NCBI GenBank assembly: GCA_951406725.2
Contig: OX597814.1
Span: forward strand, 18,104,001-18,168,000
Length of the DNA stretch: 64,000 bases
Source of the DNA: Octopus vulgaris
Lineage: Eukaryota
Reading direction: 5' to 3'
Each line of letters opens with the position of its first letter. The first letter of the stretch is position 1. Below are positions 1 to 12,224 of the stretch, piece after piece. The notes beneath the pieces were generated by a model, which worked only from the letters and a program-made list of their open reading frames with translations, was not told the DNA's origin and did no database searches. Position numbers and translations under genes: made by a program.

Positions 1-78
1 AAATCTCAGAACGTAAACAGCAACAGTAACACCCCCCTTTGTGGTTAGCCATATTGAGATGGCTATTATACTTTACAT

Positions 79-140
79 CTCTAAAAATGCTTATATAGTT
101 ATTTCCCTTACAAACCCGAGCAACGCCGGGCGATACTGCT

Positions 141-142
<2 letters not shown>
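79..142 (+). mobile_element. 3' end of non-autonomous Helitron (family H1)
   Basis: Matches the 3' end of the full copies at 25456, 46276 and 53136. Subterminal hairpin CCCGAGCAACGCCGGG followed by CTAG|T. Confidence 0.8.
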
Positions 143-200
<58 letters not shown>

Positions 201-221
201 TATTGATGATGATGATGATTG

Positions 222-285
<64 letters not shown>

Positions 286-290
286 AATAA
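143..290. repeat. Compound (TAA)n/(GAT)n microsatellite
   Basis: Directly visible trinucleotide runs. Confidence 0.95.
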
Positions 291-465
291 TTTCTACTAA
301 AGGCACAAGGCATGAAATTTGGGTGGAGCGGGGAAGTAGATTAGATCGACCCCAGTACGCAACTCGTACTTAATTTATCGACCCAGAAAGGATGAAAGGC
401 AAAGTCGTCTTCAGCGGTATTTGAAAACAGAACCTAGCAACAGACGAAATACCGCTAAGCATACA
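290..465 (-). mobile_element. Degraded SINE family C copy
   Basis: Contains TTTATCGACCC..AAAGGATGAAAGGCAAAGTCG and GACGAAATACCGCTAAGCAT, shared with the full copies at 27590, 50464 and 51337. Confidence 0.75.
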
Positions 466-610
466 AACTTTGACTCGAGAGTTTCCCTCGTCGGCAGGAA
501 GAGTATTAGGATAGTGAATTCGTCTGCAGGACGGATTGTTAATTTTAAATCTTATATGCAATTTCTATCTTGATATAAATACTGCTTTCGAATTGAATTA
601 TTAATCATTA

Positions 611-997
611 GGAAGCGCAATGGCCCAGTGGTTAGGACAGCGGACTCGCGGTCATAGGATCGCGGTTTCGATTCCCAGACCGGGCGTTGTGAGTGTTTAT
701 TGAGCGAAAACACCTAAAAGCTCCACGAGGCTCCGGCAGGGGATGGTGGTGATTCCTGCTGTACTCTTTCACCACAACTTTCTCTCACTCTTACTTCCTG
801 TTTCTGTTGTACCTGTATTTCAAAGGGCCGGCCTTGTCACTCTCTGTGTCACGCTGAATATCCCCGAGAACTACGTTAAGGGTACACGTGTCTGTGGAGT
901 GCTCAGTCACTTACACGTTAATTTCACGAGCAGGCTGTTCCGTTGATTCGGATCAACCGGAACCCTCGTCGTCGTAACCGACGGAGTGCTTCCATCC
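611..997 (+). mobile_element. tRNA-derived SINE family A, full length
   Basis: A box TGGCCCAGTGG, B-box-like GTTTCGATTCC, 11-bp TSD ATTAATCATTA (600-610 and 998-1008). Near-identical copies at 47275 and 59094. Resembles the octopus OR-type SINEs (from memory). Confidence 0.9.
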
Positions 998-1339
998 ATT
1001 AATCATTAATAGAAGTGTTAATTACATACACCACTACCACCAACTAATATATCGTTTTGGTGACTTAGCTTATCATCACCCACAAAAAAAAATCTAAGAT
1101 CATACATGATTCACCACTTTTTTCATTGCTTGTTTCAGTCGTTTGACTGTGGCCATGCTGGAGCACTGCCTTTAGTCGAGCAAATCGACCACAGGACTTA
1201 TTTTTTGTAAGCCTAGTACTTATTCTATCGGTTCTCTTTTGCCGAACCGCTAAGTTACGGGGACGTAAACACACCAGCATCGGTTGTCAAGCGATGTTGG
1301 GGGGACAAACACAGACACACAAACATACACACACACCCA

Positions 1340-1545
1340 TGTTGATTCGCTAGTTTCTGCACGCATTTTTTTTTTCTTTCCTTGTTTCTCTCCGTGTTTC
1401 TTTTCTGTGTATCTTTCTGTTGAAGAGCGTAAGCTCGAAACGTAAAAGACTTGTTTTATTTATATTCCTGAGCGCCATACTAATACAATTGTTTGTTTGT
1501 ATTCCACCTGCCTTCGTCTTTTGTTTATTTTCATAAAGCTTCCCG

Positions 1546-1548
<3 letters not shown>
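1340..1548 (+). mobile_element. Short Penelope-like terminal fragment bearing a hammerhead-like motif
   Basis: Homologous to 43313-43476. Ends in (TA)n and contains the motif at 1412-1449. Confidence 0.6.
1412..1449 (+). ncRNA. Minimal type I hammerhead-like motif (A6U core variant)
   Basis: TCTTT-CTGTTGA-A-GAGC gtaa GCTC-GAAA-CG-TA-AAAGA. Stem I TCTTT/AAAGA, stem II GAGC/GCTC, palindromic stem III ACGT, GUA site. Confidence 0.55.
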
Positions 1549-1589
<41 letters not shown>

Positions 1590-2321
1590 GACGGGCTTCT
1601 TTCAGTTTTCCGTCTACCAAATCCAGTCACAAGGCTTTGGTCGGCCCAAAGCTATAGTAGAAGACACTTGCCCAAGGTGCCACGCAATGGGACTGAACCC
1701 GTAATCTATGTGGTTCGTAAGCAAGCTACTTACCACACAGCCACTCTTTCGCCTATAATAAATAAAGTAGAATTCACCTATCGCTAGCATCTTATTGTTC
1801 TATTGCAAGGTACCAAATTAGGATTACTAAGTGATTGGTAATTTCATGTAAGCACTATCAAGAGAAATTGACAGTCATATCGCCGTGTACTAACTAACGC
1901 ACCAAATGTAACAACACAGGCTACGGTAGGATTAGTCGTAAGCAATTTTCCGTTTAGTTACTTGGGTGGTTTGGCAAAACATATCTAATTTCAAGTCATC
2001 CAAATTACTATATGCTTCTAATCCAGTCTGTGTGCGTGTGTGTTTGCGCGTATAAGTATGTATATCTGTGTGTGTGTGTGTGTGTGTTTGTGTGTGGGCG
2101 GTTGCCAAAAAGGTTTACTTTATTTCCTCAAAGTGAATCGTTATAGGGTGGCTGAGTAATGCATACGAATCTACAATGATTATTTCTGACACAACGATGA
2201 ATACGGATCACCGATATCAACAGCTAGGTGCGAGGAAATAATCCTACCAACACTGAACCGTAAGAAAGTCTATTCGCTTCTAACACAGGAGCTCACTGAG
2301 CATGCATGCATGCATACATAC

Positions 2322-2645
2322 TAGGAGCACTCCGTCGGTTACGACGACGAGGGTCTCAGCTGATACGATCAACGGAACAGCCTGCTCGTGAAATTAACGT
2401 GCAAGTGATTGAGCAATCCACAGACACGTGTACCCCAGACACGTGTACCCCAGACACAGAGTCTGATAGAGTGTGACAAGGCCAGCCCTTTGAAATACAG
2501 GTACAACTCATTTTGCCAGCTGAGTGAACTGGAGCAGCGTGAAATAAAGTGTCTTGCTCAAGGACAAAATGTGTCGCCGGGAATCGAACTCACAACCTTA
2601 AAATCGTGAGCCGAATGCCTTAACCACTAAGCCACGCGCCTTCAC
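2322..2645 (-). mobile_element. tRNA-derived SINE with a distinct head and the family A 3' half
   Basis: Head GGCGCGTGGCTTAGTGG..GAGTTCGATTCC, then TCCTTGAGCAAGACACTT, then the same 3' half as family A (TTGTACCTGTATTTCAAAGGG..GTAACCGACGGAGTGCT). Confidence 0.85.
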
Positions 2646-2722
2646 ACATACATACATACATACATACATACATACATACATACATACATACATACATACA
2701 TACATACATACACACACGCACA

Positions 2723-3352
2723 CTCTATAATGAAATTCGCCGGAAGGATAATTCCGAGAACAAAGAAATAAAAACCCACAATATGGTAGAAGCCATAGCC
2801 ACTCATAATGAAAAAGAATACTGATGGAAGGTACCAGTGAAGACCTCAATAAAATGTAAGCACAACAGACCTGATATAATGATTTCAGATACAGGAGGGA
2901 AACTGTGCACAGTGTGGAAATTAGCTGCCCAGCGGATGTTAACATAAAGCTGAAGATCAGTGAAAAAGAGAACACTTATGCTGAACTATTGAGAAATTTG
3001 CAGTTACTCTATCCAGATTACAAGTTCAGGTTTATACCTGGACTTATTGGGGCCCTGGGATATGTAACACTCTGCCTAAATTTCTTGAGAAATTAGGCTT
3101 CTCAAAACCAGAAAGGAGAAAGTTAATTCGAAGGTTACTGGTCCAATCCATCACTGGGGCTGTAAAAATCTGTAAAACTTTCCAGAAATATATTATTTAA
3201 ATATATATGAGCATGTCTAGATATGTAACTCTACGCATGAGAATACATGCATAGAACATACAAATCTGCACATTCATACATGCATGCGTACATACATACA
3301 TACATACATACATACATACATACATACATACATGCATACATACATACATACA

Positions 3353-3384
<32 letters not shown>

Positions 3385-3533
3385 CATACACACATACATA
3401 CAAACATACATTCATAGAGACAAGAATACCCTGTTGTTGATGTTGAAATTCCAACGAAGGAACCTTGGATCTGGGTTAAAACCCGGTCCTTTCTTTATTG
3501 GCAAGAAATCTTTAAATAAACTGAATAATGACA
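2723..3533 (+). mobile_element. R4/Dong-clade non-LTR retrotransposon 3' end (REL endonuclease plus 3' UTR), frameshifted
   Basis: Piecewise translation gives KHNRPDIMI..VEISCPADVNIKLKISEKENTYAEL..IGALG, a restriction-like PD..E..K..Y motif. The 3' UTR with an internal (TACA)n recurs at 45270, 58445 and 59565. Confidence 0.85.
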
Positions 3534-3542
3534 TCAAAACCG

Positions 3543-3585
3543 CCACTACAATCGTTTCTTGTCTTGATCGACAATCTTCAGGTGG
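3543..3585 (-). ncRNA. Type I hammerhead ribozyme motif with intact core
   Basis: Minus strand CCAC-CTGAAGA-TTGTC gatcaa GACAA-GAAA-CGATTG-TA-GTGG. Stem I 4 bp, stem II 5 bp perfect, near-palindromic stem III, GUA cleavage triplet. Confidence 0.75.
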
Positions 3586-3814
3586 ACTTCCAATTTCTTA
3601 AGGAGTCCCAGACTTTTACAATTCCATAATCACCTAAGTATCAGGTCCAATTCAGAGTTTATAATCCAGGTAATTCAGTCCGTAGACGAAAGGGAACAAA
3701 CTTCTAGGGTTGTTATGTCAGACAACGGCAAGTTAAGTGTTGTAACTACTTCCTTTTCGAATTCCAGGAGGCCCCTCCAATTCCTTGCGCATTACACTTC
3801 ATTTACACAGGATA

Positions 3815-3991
3815 GTTCGACTTTGCCTTTCATCCTTACGGGGTTGATTAAATAAGTACCATTTAGCCACTGGGGTCGATGTAATCGACTTAATCCGTTT
3901 GTCTGTCCTTGTTTGTCCTCTCTGTGTTTAGCCCCTTGTAAAGGTAGTAAAGAAATAGGTATTTCGTCTGCCGTTAGGTTCTGAGTTCAAA

Positions 3992-3994
<3 letters not shown>
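3815..3994 (+). mobile_element. SINE family C, 3' part joined to an internal segment of a second copy
   Basis: TCGACTTTGCCTTTCATCC..GTAAAGAAATA followed directly by GGTATTTCGTCTGCCGTT..GAGTTCAAATTC. Confidence 0.8.
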
Positions 3995-4070
<76 letters not shown>

Positions 4071-4072
<2 letters not shown>

Positions 4073-4275
4073 CATAATGAGGAGTGAATAAAATTATAGA
4101 TATTAATTCAATAATACCCTTATTTTAACACCAAGCGACCTAGCACAAAAAAAAAGCCGGGGACACAAATTGTGATATTTATCCGTAAATATTAGAGAGT
4201 CAACTTTGAATATGTTAACTCTATTTCTAGCACTAGAGTTAACATATTCAAAGTTGACTCTCTAATATTTACGGA

Positions 4276-4277
<2 letters not shown>
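4071..4277. mobile_element. (TA)n-embedded element with a perfect 44-bp inverted repeat
   Basis: Arms 4180-4223 and 4234-4277 with a 10-nt spacer. TA tracts on both sides. Confidence 0.65.
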
Positions 4278-4309
<32 letters not shown>

Positions 4310-4572
4310 ATTGGAAATGGATGCGTTACATCCTCCGCAAAGAGACCTAAATTTTATTTTGGTTCACAAGAGCAACTGTCTTTCGAAGTTGTTAATTATT
4401 GTTGTTAATTGCTTGTTTGAGGAGTAGATGGGCAGCCGACAACTGATGAAAAGTCGTTCTTTATTTTACTTGTTTTGTTTGCCATTTGTTTCTCTCGTTG
4501 TTTGCACACCTACGCTTGTCTTCGTAGTTCATGTTGTTTACGTTTTGTGACGTCCTGTACCCATACGTTCAT
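4310..4572 (+). mobile_element. TA-flanked interspersed repeat (probable Penelope-like terminus)
   Basis: ACTGATGAAAAGTCGTTCTT..GTTGTTTAC..TGACGTCC is homologous to 35001-35135. Both end in TA-rich tracts. Confidence 0.5.
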
Positions 4573-4632
4573 ATATATATATATGCATATATATGTATGT
4601 ATGTACATATGTATATATGTATATATGCATAT

Positions 4633-4937
4633 ATCATGTGATCACGTGACCGACCAGGCTATCAGATGTTGCTACACATCGCTGGTCACAATGCACTTTG
4701 CATTGTTTTAGCCTTCAAATGACGCCACCTCGCTGGCTAAGCGTGCAGGCCTACAGAAGAAAGAGTGAGAGAAAGTTGCGGCGAAAGAGTACAGCAGGGA
4801 TCGCCACTATCCCCTAGCCTCGTGGAGCTTTTATATGTTTTCGCTCAATAAACACTCACAACGCCCGGTCTGGATCGAAACCACGATCCTACGACCGCGA
4901 GTCCGCTGCCGTAACCACTGGACCACTTCACCTCCAC
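4633..4937 (-). mobile_element. SINE with family A head and an alternative 3' tail
   Basis: 4757-4937 matches the family A head. 4633-4756 is an unrelated tail ending GGTCACGTGATCACATGAT. Confidence 0.8.
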
Positions 4938-4940
4938 ATG

Positions 4941-4972
<32 letters not shown>

Positions 4973-5022
4973 TGTATGTATGTATGTATGTATGTATGTA
5001 TGTATGTATGCATGTATGTATG

Positions 5023-5075
<53 letters not shown>

Positions 5076-5234
5076 TTATTATATATTTATATATGCAGAT
5101 ATATATGTGTGGTTCGAATATATGAGTTAGAGTTTAGACAACCATCTGTGTAGATATATATTATATAATATGTAGTTTATATCTATTAATATTTTTGAAA
5201 TTGTTTACACATATATCTATATTTATATGTATGA

Positions 5235-5291
<57 letters not shown>

Positions 5292-5550
5292 GTTATGTAT
5301 GTATATAATGTAATAGTGAATAGATAATAGCAAAGATTTTTACCAGTCTTCTGTTTTGATATGTAATCATTAGGCAAAAATACATTTTCCAGTATTTTCT
5401 AAATTTTATGCATACCTCACATAAATATACATCTACATACGACTTTTGGGGACGATGTGCACGAAGATGTGCAGATGTGCACGAAGAGGGCACAGCTTTG
5501 ACTATAAACTTATCTACATTATCTTTATATGAAATATATATATATATATA

Positions 5551-5967
5551 TAGGCGCAGGAGTGGCTGTGTGGTAAGTAGCTTGCTTACCAACCACATGG
5601 TTCCGGGTTCAGTCCCACTGCGTGGCACCTTGGGCAAGTGTCTTCTACTATAATCTCGGGCCGACCAAAGCCTCGTGAGTGGATTTGGTAGACGGAAACT
5701 GAAAAGAAGCCTGTCGTATATATGTATATATATATATATATGTGTGTGTATGTGTGTGTTTGTGTGTCTGTGGTTGTCCCCCTAGCATTGCTTGACAACC
5801 GATGCTGGTGTGTTTACGTCCCCGTCACTTAGCGGTTCGGCAAAAGAGACCGATTGAATAAGTACTGGGCTTACAAAGAATAAGTCCTGGGGTCGATTTG
5901 CTCGACTAAAGGCGGTGCTCCAGCATGGCCGCAGTCAAATGACTGAAACAAGTAAAAGAGTAAAAGA
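5551..5967 (+). mobile_element. SINE family B, full length
   Basis: TAGGCGCAGGAGTGGCTGTGTGG A box, GGGTTCAGTCCC B box, ACCTTGGGCAAGT CORE-like box, internal TA/TG microsatellite, (GTAAAAGA)n tail. Confidence 0.92.
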
Positions 5968-7220
5968 ATATATATATATGAGTGTGCGTATATATTTACC
6001 TATATTTAGCTGTATATATACATGTGTGTGTGTGTATGTGTAGTTTGTGCATATACATACATACATACTTTATATATATAGATATATATATATATACGTT
6101 TATATACAGAATCAAGGCACTGTATATTAGCACTCTTTTGCTCATGAAATCTTATTAGAATATGCAGCAGAAATATATACGTAATAATATATTATACTTT
6201 TCACACTACATAAATATTTTCTATACATTTTTCATAACCAATTCAAAAATATCTGCTCATGTCACTTTTGATGCAACCTCAAACACGATCTTATTATCTT
6301 CATAAGATGCTTAATAATCTGTTTTTTCCCTTCGTTCTCCATATTTGCACTATCTTTTTTTAATCTCATTTCTCTGACTGCCTCATCTCTCTCTCTCTCT
6401 CTCTCTCATTTCATATATTTCTCCCACTCTCTTTCTTCTTCCTTTTTGGCCCCCATACACACACTCTCTCTCTCTCCCTTAACTCTTAACTCTGTCTGTA
6501 TCTATTGCACTATTTCCTAATGTCTTCTTCTTCCTTACGCCGAATTGGATTCATGCAAAACTAGTTTTCGGTGAATGTTTCATGAATAATTTGATTTTTC
6601 TTGAAATTTTGTTGTCCCTAAAATATTTTTCATTTTGCTATAACATTATATTTCTCTCCTTGTATTTTCTAAACGAGCATATGAAATACGTATTGTTAAT
6701 AATGTGTGCACACATACGCGCACCCACATACGCGCACACATACGCGCACCCACACACATACACACCCATTCGTACATGAACATACAATGCACGCGCATGG
6801 ATACTCACATTCATATACACATACGCATACAATTGCACCCATGCACGCACACTTAGATAAATAATAATATATGTGTATATAATAAATATATGTGTATATA
6901 ATATACATACACACACAGACAAATATGTATATGCTTATATATAAACAAGTATATATGTGTGTGCTTGTGTGTGTAAATACATACATGTATCTATGTATCT
7001 ATGTGTGTATAAATATAAATATATATCATGTTAAACACAATATTGAGACGTATTGTGTCGTATATGTGTGTGTATGGAGAGAGTAAGAGAAAGGGAAAGA
7101 TATATAGATAGATAGATAGATACATACATACATACATACATGCATATATGTATACATTAATGCTCACACGCATTATTTTTATATAATATAAACCTGTGTA
7201 TATAAATATTTTATTCTCAT

Positions 7221-7317
7221 CCTTCTTCTTCTTCTTCTTCTTCTTCTTCTTCTTCTTCTTCTTCTTCTTCTTCTTCTTCTTCTTCTTCTTCTCCTTCTCC
7301 TCCTCGTCCTCCTCCTC

Positions 7318-7370
<53 letters not shown>

Positions 7371-7396
7371 CATAATCATCATCATCATCATCATCA
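7221..7396. repeat. Compound (TTC)n(TTA)n(CAT)n microsatellite
   Basis: Directly visible. Confidence 0.95.
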
Positions 7397-8219
7397 AGTA
7401 TATTTAATATATACTTTTGTTATACGTATTTTCATATAACGTATACAGTATTTATACTGCTCTCTGAGTTTGTGGTTGTATATAAATGTTCGTGTGAGTA
7501 TTTATGTGTGTGCTTGTATGTCTGTTAGCATGCCTCTGTGTGTGTGTGTGTGTGTGTGTGTGATTGCGTGCGTGTGTGTGTGGTTGTATGTCTATGCGTA
7601 TGTGTGCGCGTGTGCCTATGCGTGTGTGATACAGAGTGTTGGCGTGTTCGTTAATCCCTTCTCAGACTTCTAATCAATGTTATTTAATTGAAACACATAT
7701 ACATACGAACATTCAATCTATTTGTCTGGAAACTGTTTTAAATTTCAGATGTTCAACGTAGCTACGGCCAAGAGAATTAAATAATTGTAACTCCTGTTTA
7801 TTATCAAACGAAAGAGTTATAATTGTCTTAAACTTCTCCAATAACAGATACCTTTCTATTTATTCAATCCAGTAGCAATACTTCTTTCTACTGTAGGCAC
7901 AAGGCTTGAAATTTGGTCAGAAGGCTCCGGTGTTCAAATGGTACCGACTTTGATTACCCCAAAGAATGAAAGCAAAGTCAATCTTGGAGTGATTTTAACT
8001 GAGAACATAAAGCTAGTGGAAAGCTGCTCAATATTTTCTCCACCCAGTAACAATTCTGCTAGTTCGCTTGATAAACCAATTGCTGAAACAAACCCAAAGT
8101 ACTTTCCTTGACTTTTATCAAGTTGCACACCGAACCGAATAAACATGAAATCAGACGCCTTCCAACCATGCCAATTCCGTATATTATTCAGTGTTTTTAC
8201 AACTGCACTATACAATGTA

Positions 8220-8548
8220 TCTTTTATTGTTTATCTGTTTAACTCATTGCAGTGCGCTCATGCTAGGACACCGCCATAAAGGCTTTAGCCTGGTACTTCT
8301 ATCGACGCTATGGAGACCTAAACACGAACATCAGCTGTCAATCGGTTCTTGAGGACAAAGGCAAAGACACACACACATACATATGACAGGCTTCTTTCGG
8401 TTTCTGTCTGCTAAATCCACTCACAAAGCTTTGGTTGGCACAAAGTTATAGTAGAAAACACTTGTCCAAAGTTCCATGCTGGGAAACTGAACCCGGAAAC
8501 GTGCGGTTTGGAAGTAAACTTCTTACTACACAGCTAAACCTGCGCCAA
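8220..8548 (-). mobile_element. Old, diverged SINE family B copy
   Basis: AAATCCACTCACAAAGCTTTGGTTGG and ACTGAACCCGGAA match family B with many substitutions. Confidence 0.7.
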
Positions 8549-9679
8549 GCTACAATAGGATTCTGCACAGTTTCCTTCTGAATATTTACCCGCAAAGCAT
8601 TAACCGACCCAGGGGTAGAGTAGAAGATAGATAGAGCAAGATGAAGTACAATCAGGTTGAATATGAAACCAAGTAGCCACAAAGCGAGTTTCTTAACCAG
8701 ACGCCAATGCCCGTCATTAGTATTAATACTTTTTAATACTGTACAACATAGTTGCAAGCACGTTTGTCTTCTATATCTAGTAGATTGTTATGGTTACTTC
8801 ATTGTCTCATGCGAGTTAAGACCAAGTTAGATACTTTTAATTAAGGTGACTGTACCTGTCTAGCATGATTGGTGCGTGTTTTGGCAAAGTAGGAAGCTAA
8901 AAACGTCAATAGAAATAGTTACTAAGTCATCTATATATCACACTGTACAAGTAAAATTTTTTATAGTTCTGCCTATTTTTCAACTGCAAACTTAAATATC
9001 CGGACAGTGTAACTACCATTCGATTGTTCAAATATTCGGACAATATGCCTATATTACTTGTTGCCAAAAAAATCTCAACTGTAACGAACAGTTAGTTTTT
9101 ATCTTCTGCCAGAAGATTGAAATGTTCAGATATACTGCTTTCTTCGTGGTCAGGCGGATTTTGGGAACTCTGCCGAATGGTTATTTGGAATAATGTGGTG
9201 ATATTTTCACCATAAATAAAATTTCAAAGATGTTTCTCTTCGTTTTTTTTTTTTCTTTTTTGTCATCTTTTCATTGATGCTCTTAAACTGATTTATAACT
9301 TATAAATGGTCCGTAGTTCAAGAATTATACTGGAGAGTAGGATAAATTGGTTCGTTTTCCTCTTTTTCTTTTTTTGTTTTTCCTACTTGGCACTTCATGG
9401 TCATATGTGTGAAAAGCGGTAAAATTAGTTCAAATTTCAGAAACGATAAACAAACATTTCAGAGGAAGGATAGAACTAAAAAAACAAACTGAAAGAAACG
9501 CGATCAAAATGTTTTTAATGTTAATTCGACCAATATTGGAAAGGATTAAAACAAATGGTAAAAAATGATCGAAATTATTTGACAACCCCACACAAAGAAA
9601 TATACTGTTCATACATACAAAATCTGATATTCTAAATAAATCAAATAAATTAACTCATAAATCACTAGTCTGCAAGGAT

Positions 9680-10120
9680 AAAACAGAATCGTTAGCACGC
9701 TGGATAAATGCTTGGCGGCATTTCGTCCGTTTCCACATTCTAAGTTCAAATTCTGCCGAGGTCATCTTTATCATTGATCCTTTCGGAGACGATAAAATAA
9801 CTACCAGTTCAGGCACTGTGAGTCGATGTAGTCGACTTAACCACTTCACGGAAATTGCTGGCCCTGTGCCAAAACTCGAATCCAGTGTTACAAAATAATA
9901 TGACGGTGAGCTGATAGAAATTTTAGCACCCCGGGCGAAATGCTTAGCAGCATTTCGTCTGTCTTTATGTTCTAAGTTCAAATTCCGTCGAGGACAATTT
10001 TTCCTTTCATTCTTTAAGGATCGATAGAGTAAGTACAACTTGGGAAATGTGGTCGAAGTAACTGACTTACACACTGCCCTTGAAATTTCAGGCCTTGTTC
10101 TAAAATTTGAAACCGGTATT
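9680..10120 (+). mobile_element. Two tandem degraded family C-related SINEs
   Basis: Two units of GTTAGCAC..AAATGCTT..ATTTCGTC..TTCTAAGTTCAAATT..TCGACTTA..AAATT..GGCC. Confidence 0.7.
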
Positions 10121-10988
10121 ACAAGAAAATGTTGAACTTATTGTGTAATAAATTTATGGTATTCAGAACTGTATTTCGTGTTGCAATTGGTATCAGTAAC
10201 AATGATGGATAAACTTTCAACCCTTTCGGAAATTCTCACCTAAATTAAACAGATATAATTATCAAAGCATTTATATTCACCAAACTATTTTGCTCTAAAA
10301 GTAGAAAATATATAGATTTTATTACATTTTACATATTTGTTAATAAGTATATAAACGAAAGTGAACAAAAACACATATTATTTACATCATCATCATGGCT
10401 ACCCACGGCTTTTACTTTTAAATTGCTTTCCCTACTGTATAGTTGTTATCTTACACTTTTACTCCTACGTCTAACTTCCGCTGCGGCCATTAAGTTATTG
10501 CCTACATCGCTTTTTTCAGATCCGAACGTGGAATCTTTCCAATAATACTATTTTTTTTTATATATGTATGTATATCCCCATGTATATACGCGCGTGAATG
10601 CGTATATATGTATGTATATTTGTGTCTCTATGAATTGTGTTTTAGATACCAATGGTTTTTTTCTTATTTTCCTTCGTTTTTAAATTTCTTCTTTCTTTTC
10701 ACTATATATTTCCTTGTCTCTTCTGCCACCAATACACACAGAAAAATACGGTTTCCAGGTTATAGAATAAAAATTGACAGCACTAGAGAGCTTTCTTCAC
10801 ACAAGACACTGCAAGGAACACATCAGAAATCAGAACCAAGCGGTGAGGTATGGGGTATATCCTTTATATAGTTATCGCCATCAACATCGGCATCATCATT
10901 ATTGTCGCCGTAATCATCAATATGCTCTCTCGTCTCTCTCTCTTCCTTCTCTCTTTTCTTCTTATTCTTCTTCATTTCTTATTGTTCT

Positions 10989-11027
<39 letters not shown>

Positions 11028-11645
11028 ACAGGGGATATGGTGTTTTTTCTTTTATTTTGTTATCATTTGACTAGCAGCAGCGCAGTGTTTTCAACTAAAC
11101 CGAGGTAAGTGAAAGGGTGAGTGGATGTTTGGCAGTAGAATGGTGGTGCTTGTGGTGGTAGTGGTGCTGGTGTCACTGTTGTTGTTGTTGTTGTTAGTGG
11201 TGGTGGCGTTGTAGCATTGGCGGTGGTGTTGTAGTGGTGGTAGTAATGTTGATGGTGGTGGTTAAAAAAATGGCTTCTTATTCCGCTGTAACGGTTTTTG
11301 CTTGGAGGTAAATATTTAGTAAGATTTCTCGGGATTAGAGTCAATAAGACCAAGCACTTTCAACTGAACGAAACCATACAACTTATCATATTATAACAGA
11401 CTGAGTCACTGGACTTTTATTCGAGAAACAGAAACAAAAAGAAATAGAGAAATGACAACGACTTCGATGAAAAGAAATAGAACATTTCCTACTCTCTATT
11501 AAACTTTAACCTGAATAATTATTCTTCTTATAGCACTTTCTTTAATTTTCTCCCCACCAATGCAAAGAAGAAAATAAATGAAAGAATGTTTTTTGTCACT
11601 ATTTTTCCTCTGTGTGTATGTCCATAACATACACACGTACACACG

Positions 11646-11732
<87 letters not shown>

Positions 11733-12185
11733 CAGACATCAGACATTCAAACCTCCAGACAGAAACACATACGAATATGGAGCTGTTAGATTATGGCACA
11801 ACCCAGCTAAAAATAGCAGTTAAGTATACTTTAAGTCATATTCCATCGCCCTAGGAAAGAAAGGACAGATTAACTGTTGTGGTTTATCTTATCCCTAAAA
11901 AGATTTGCTGTCAAGACTAGACTCCATGCATCTGTTCTTCCAGGGTCCAATAACACACACACAACACATGAGAAAATTGTAGTCAATATTATAGGAGAAA
12001 TAATAGTATATTTACGCTGATCCATTGACCTGTCCATCTTCGTAATCTATTCTCATATAAGGAACAGGTGACAAATCAATTCAGGTCTTGATCTCAAGAA
12101 TAACATGTAACTGGATCAGCCTTATTAATATATATATATAAATATATAAATATATATATATACGCCTCTAGGTATATCTATGTAC

Positions 12186-12220
<35 letters not shown>

Positions 12221-12224
<4 letters not shown>

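Larger units (their letters stand above)
1117..1755 (-). mobile_element. SINE family B (tRNA head, CORE-like box, internal microsatellite), interrupted by an insertion at about 1340-1548
   Basis: Head (GTGGCTGTGTGGTAAG) and tail (TGACTGAAACAAG) match the other family B copies. The extra sequence lies inside the internal (CA)/(TA) tract. Confidence 0.88.

Noticed and set aside
611-685. tRNA gene calls at SINE heads (also 13307, 47275, 59410)
   Set aside because: They continue into SINE bodies, most have TSDs, arms are imperfect and there is no poly-T terminator. They are tRNA-derived heads, not tRNA genes.
10781-10850. Possible small plus-strand exon (TGACAG|...|GTGAGG); similar acceptor at 41049
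   Set aside because: Weak or unpaired splice signals and no homology.
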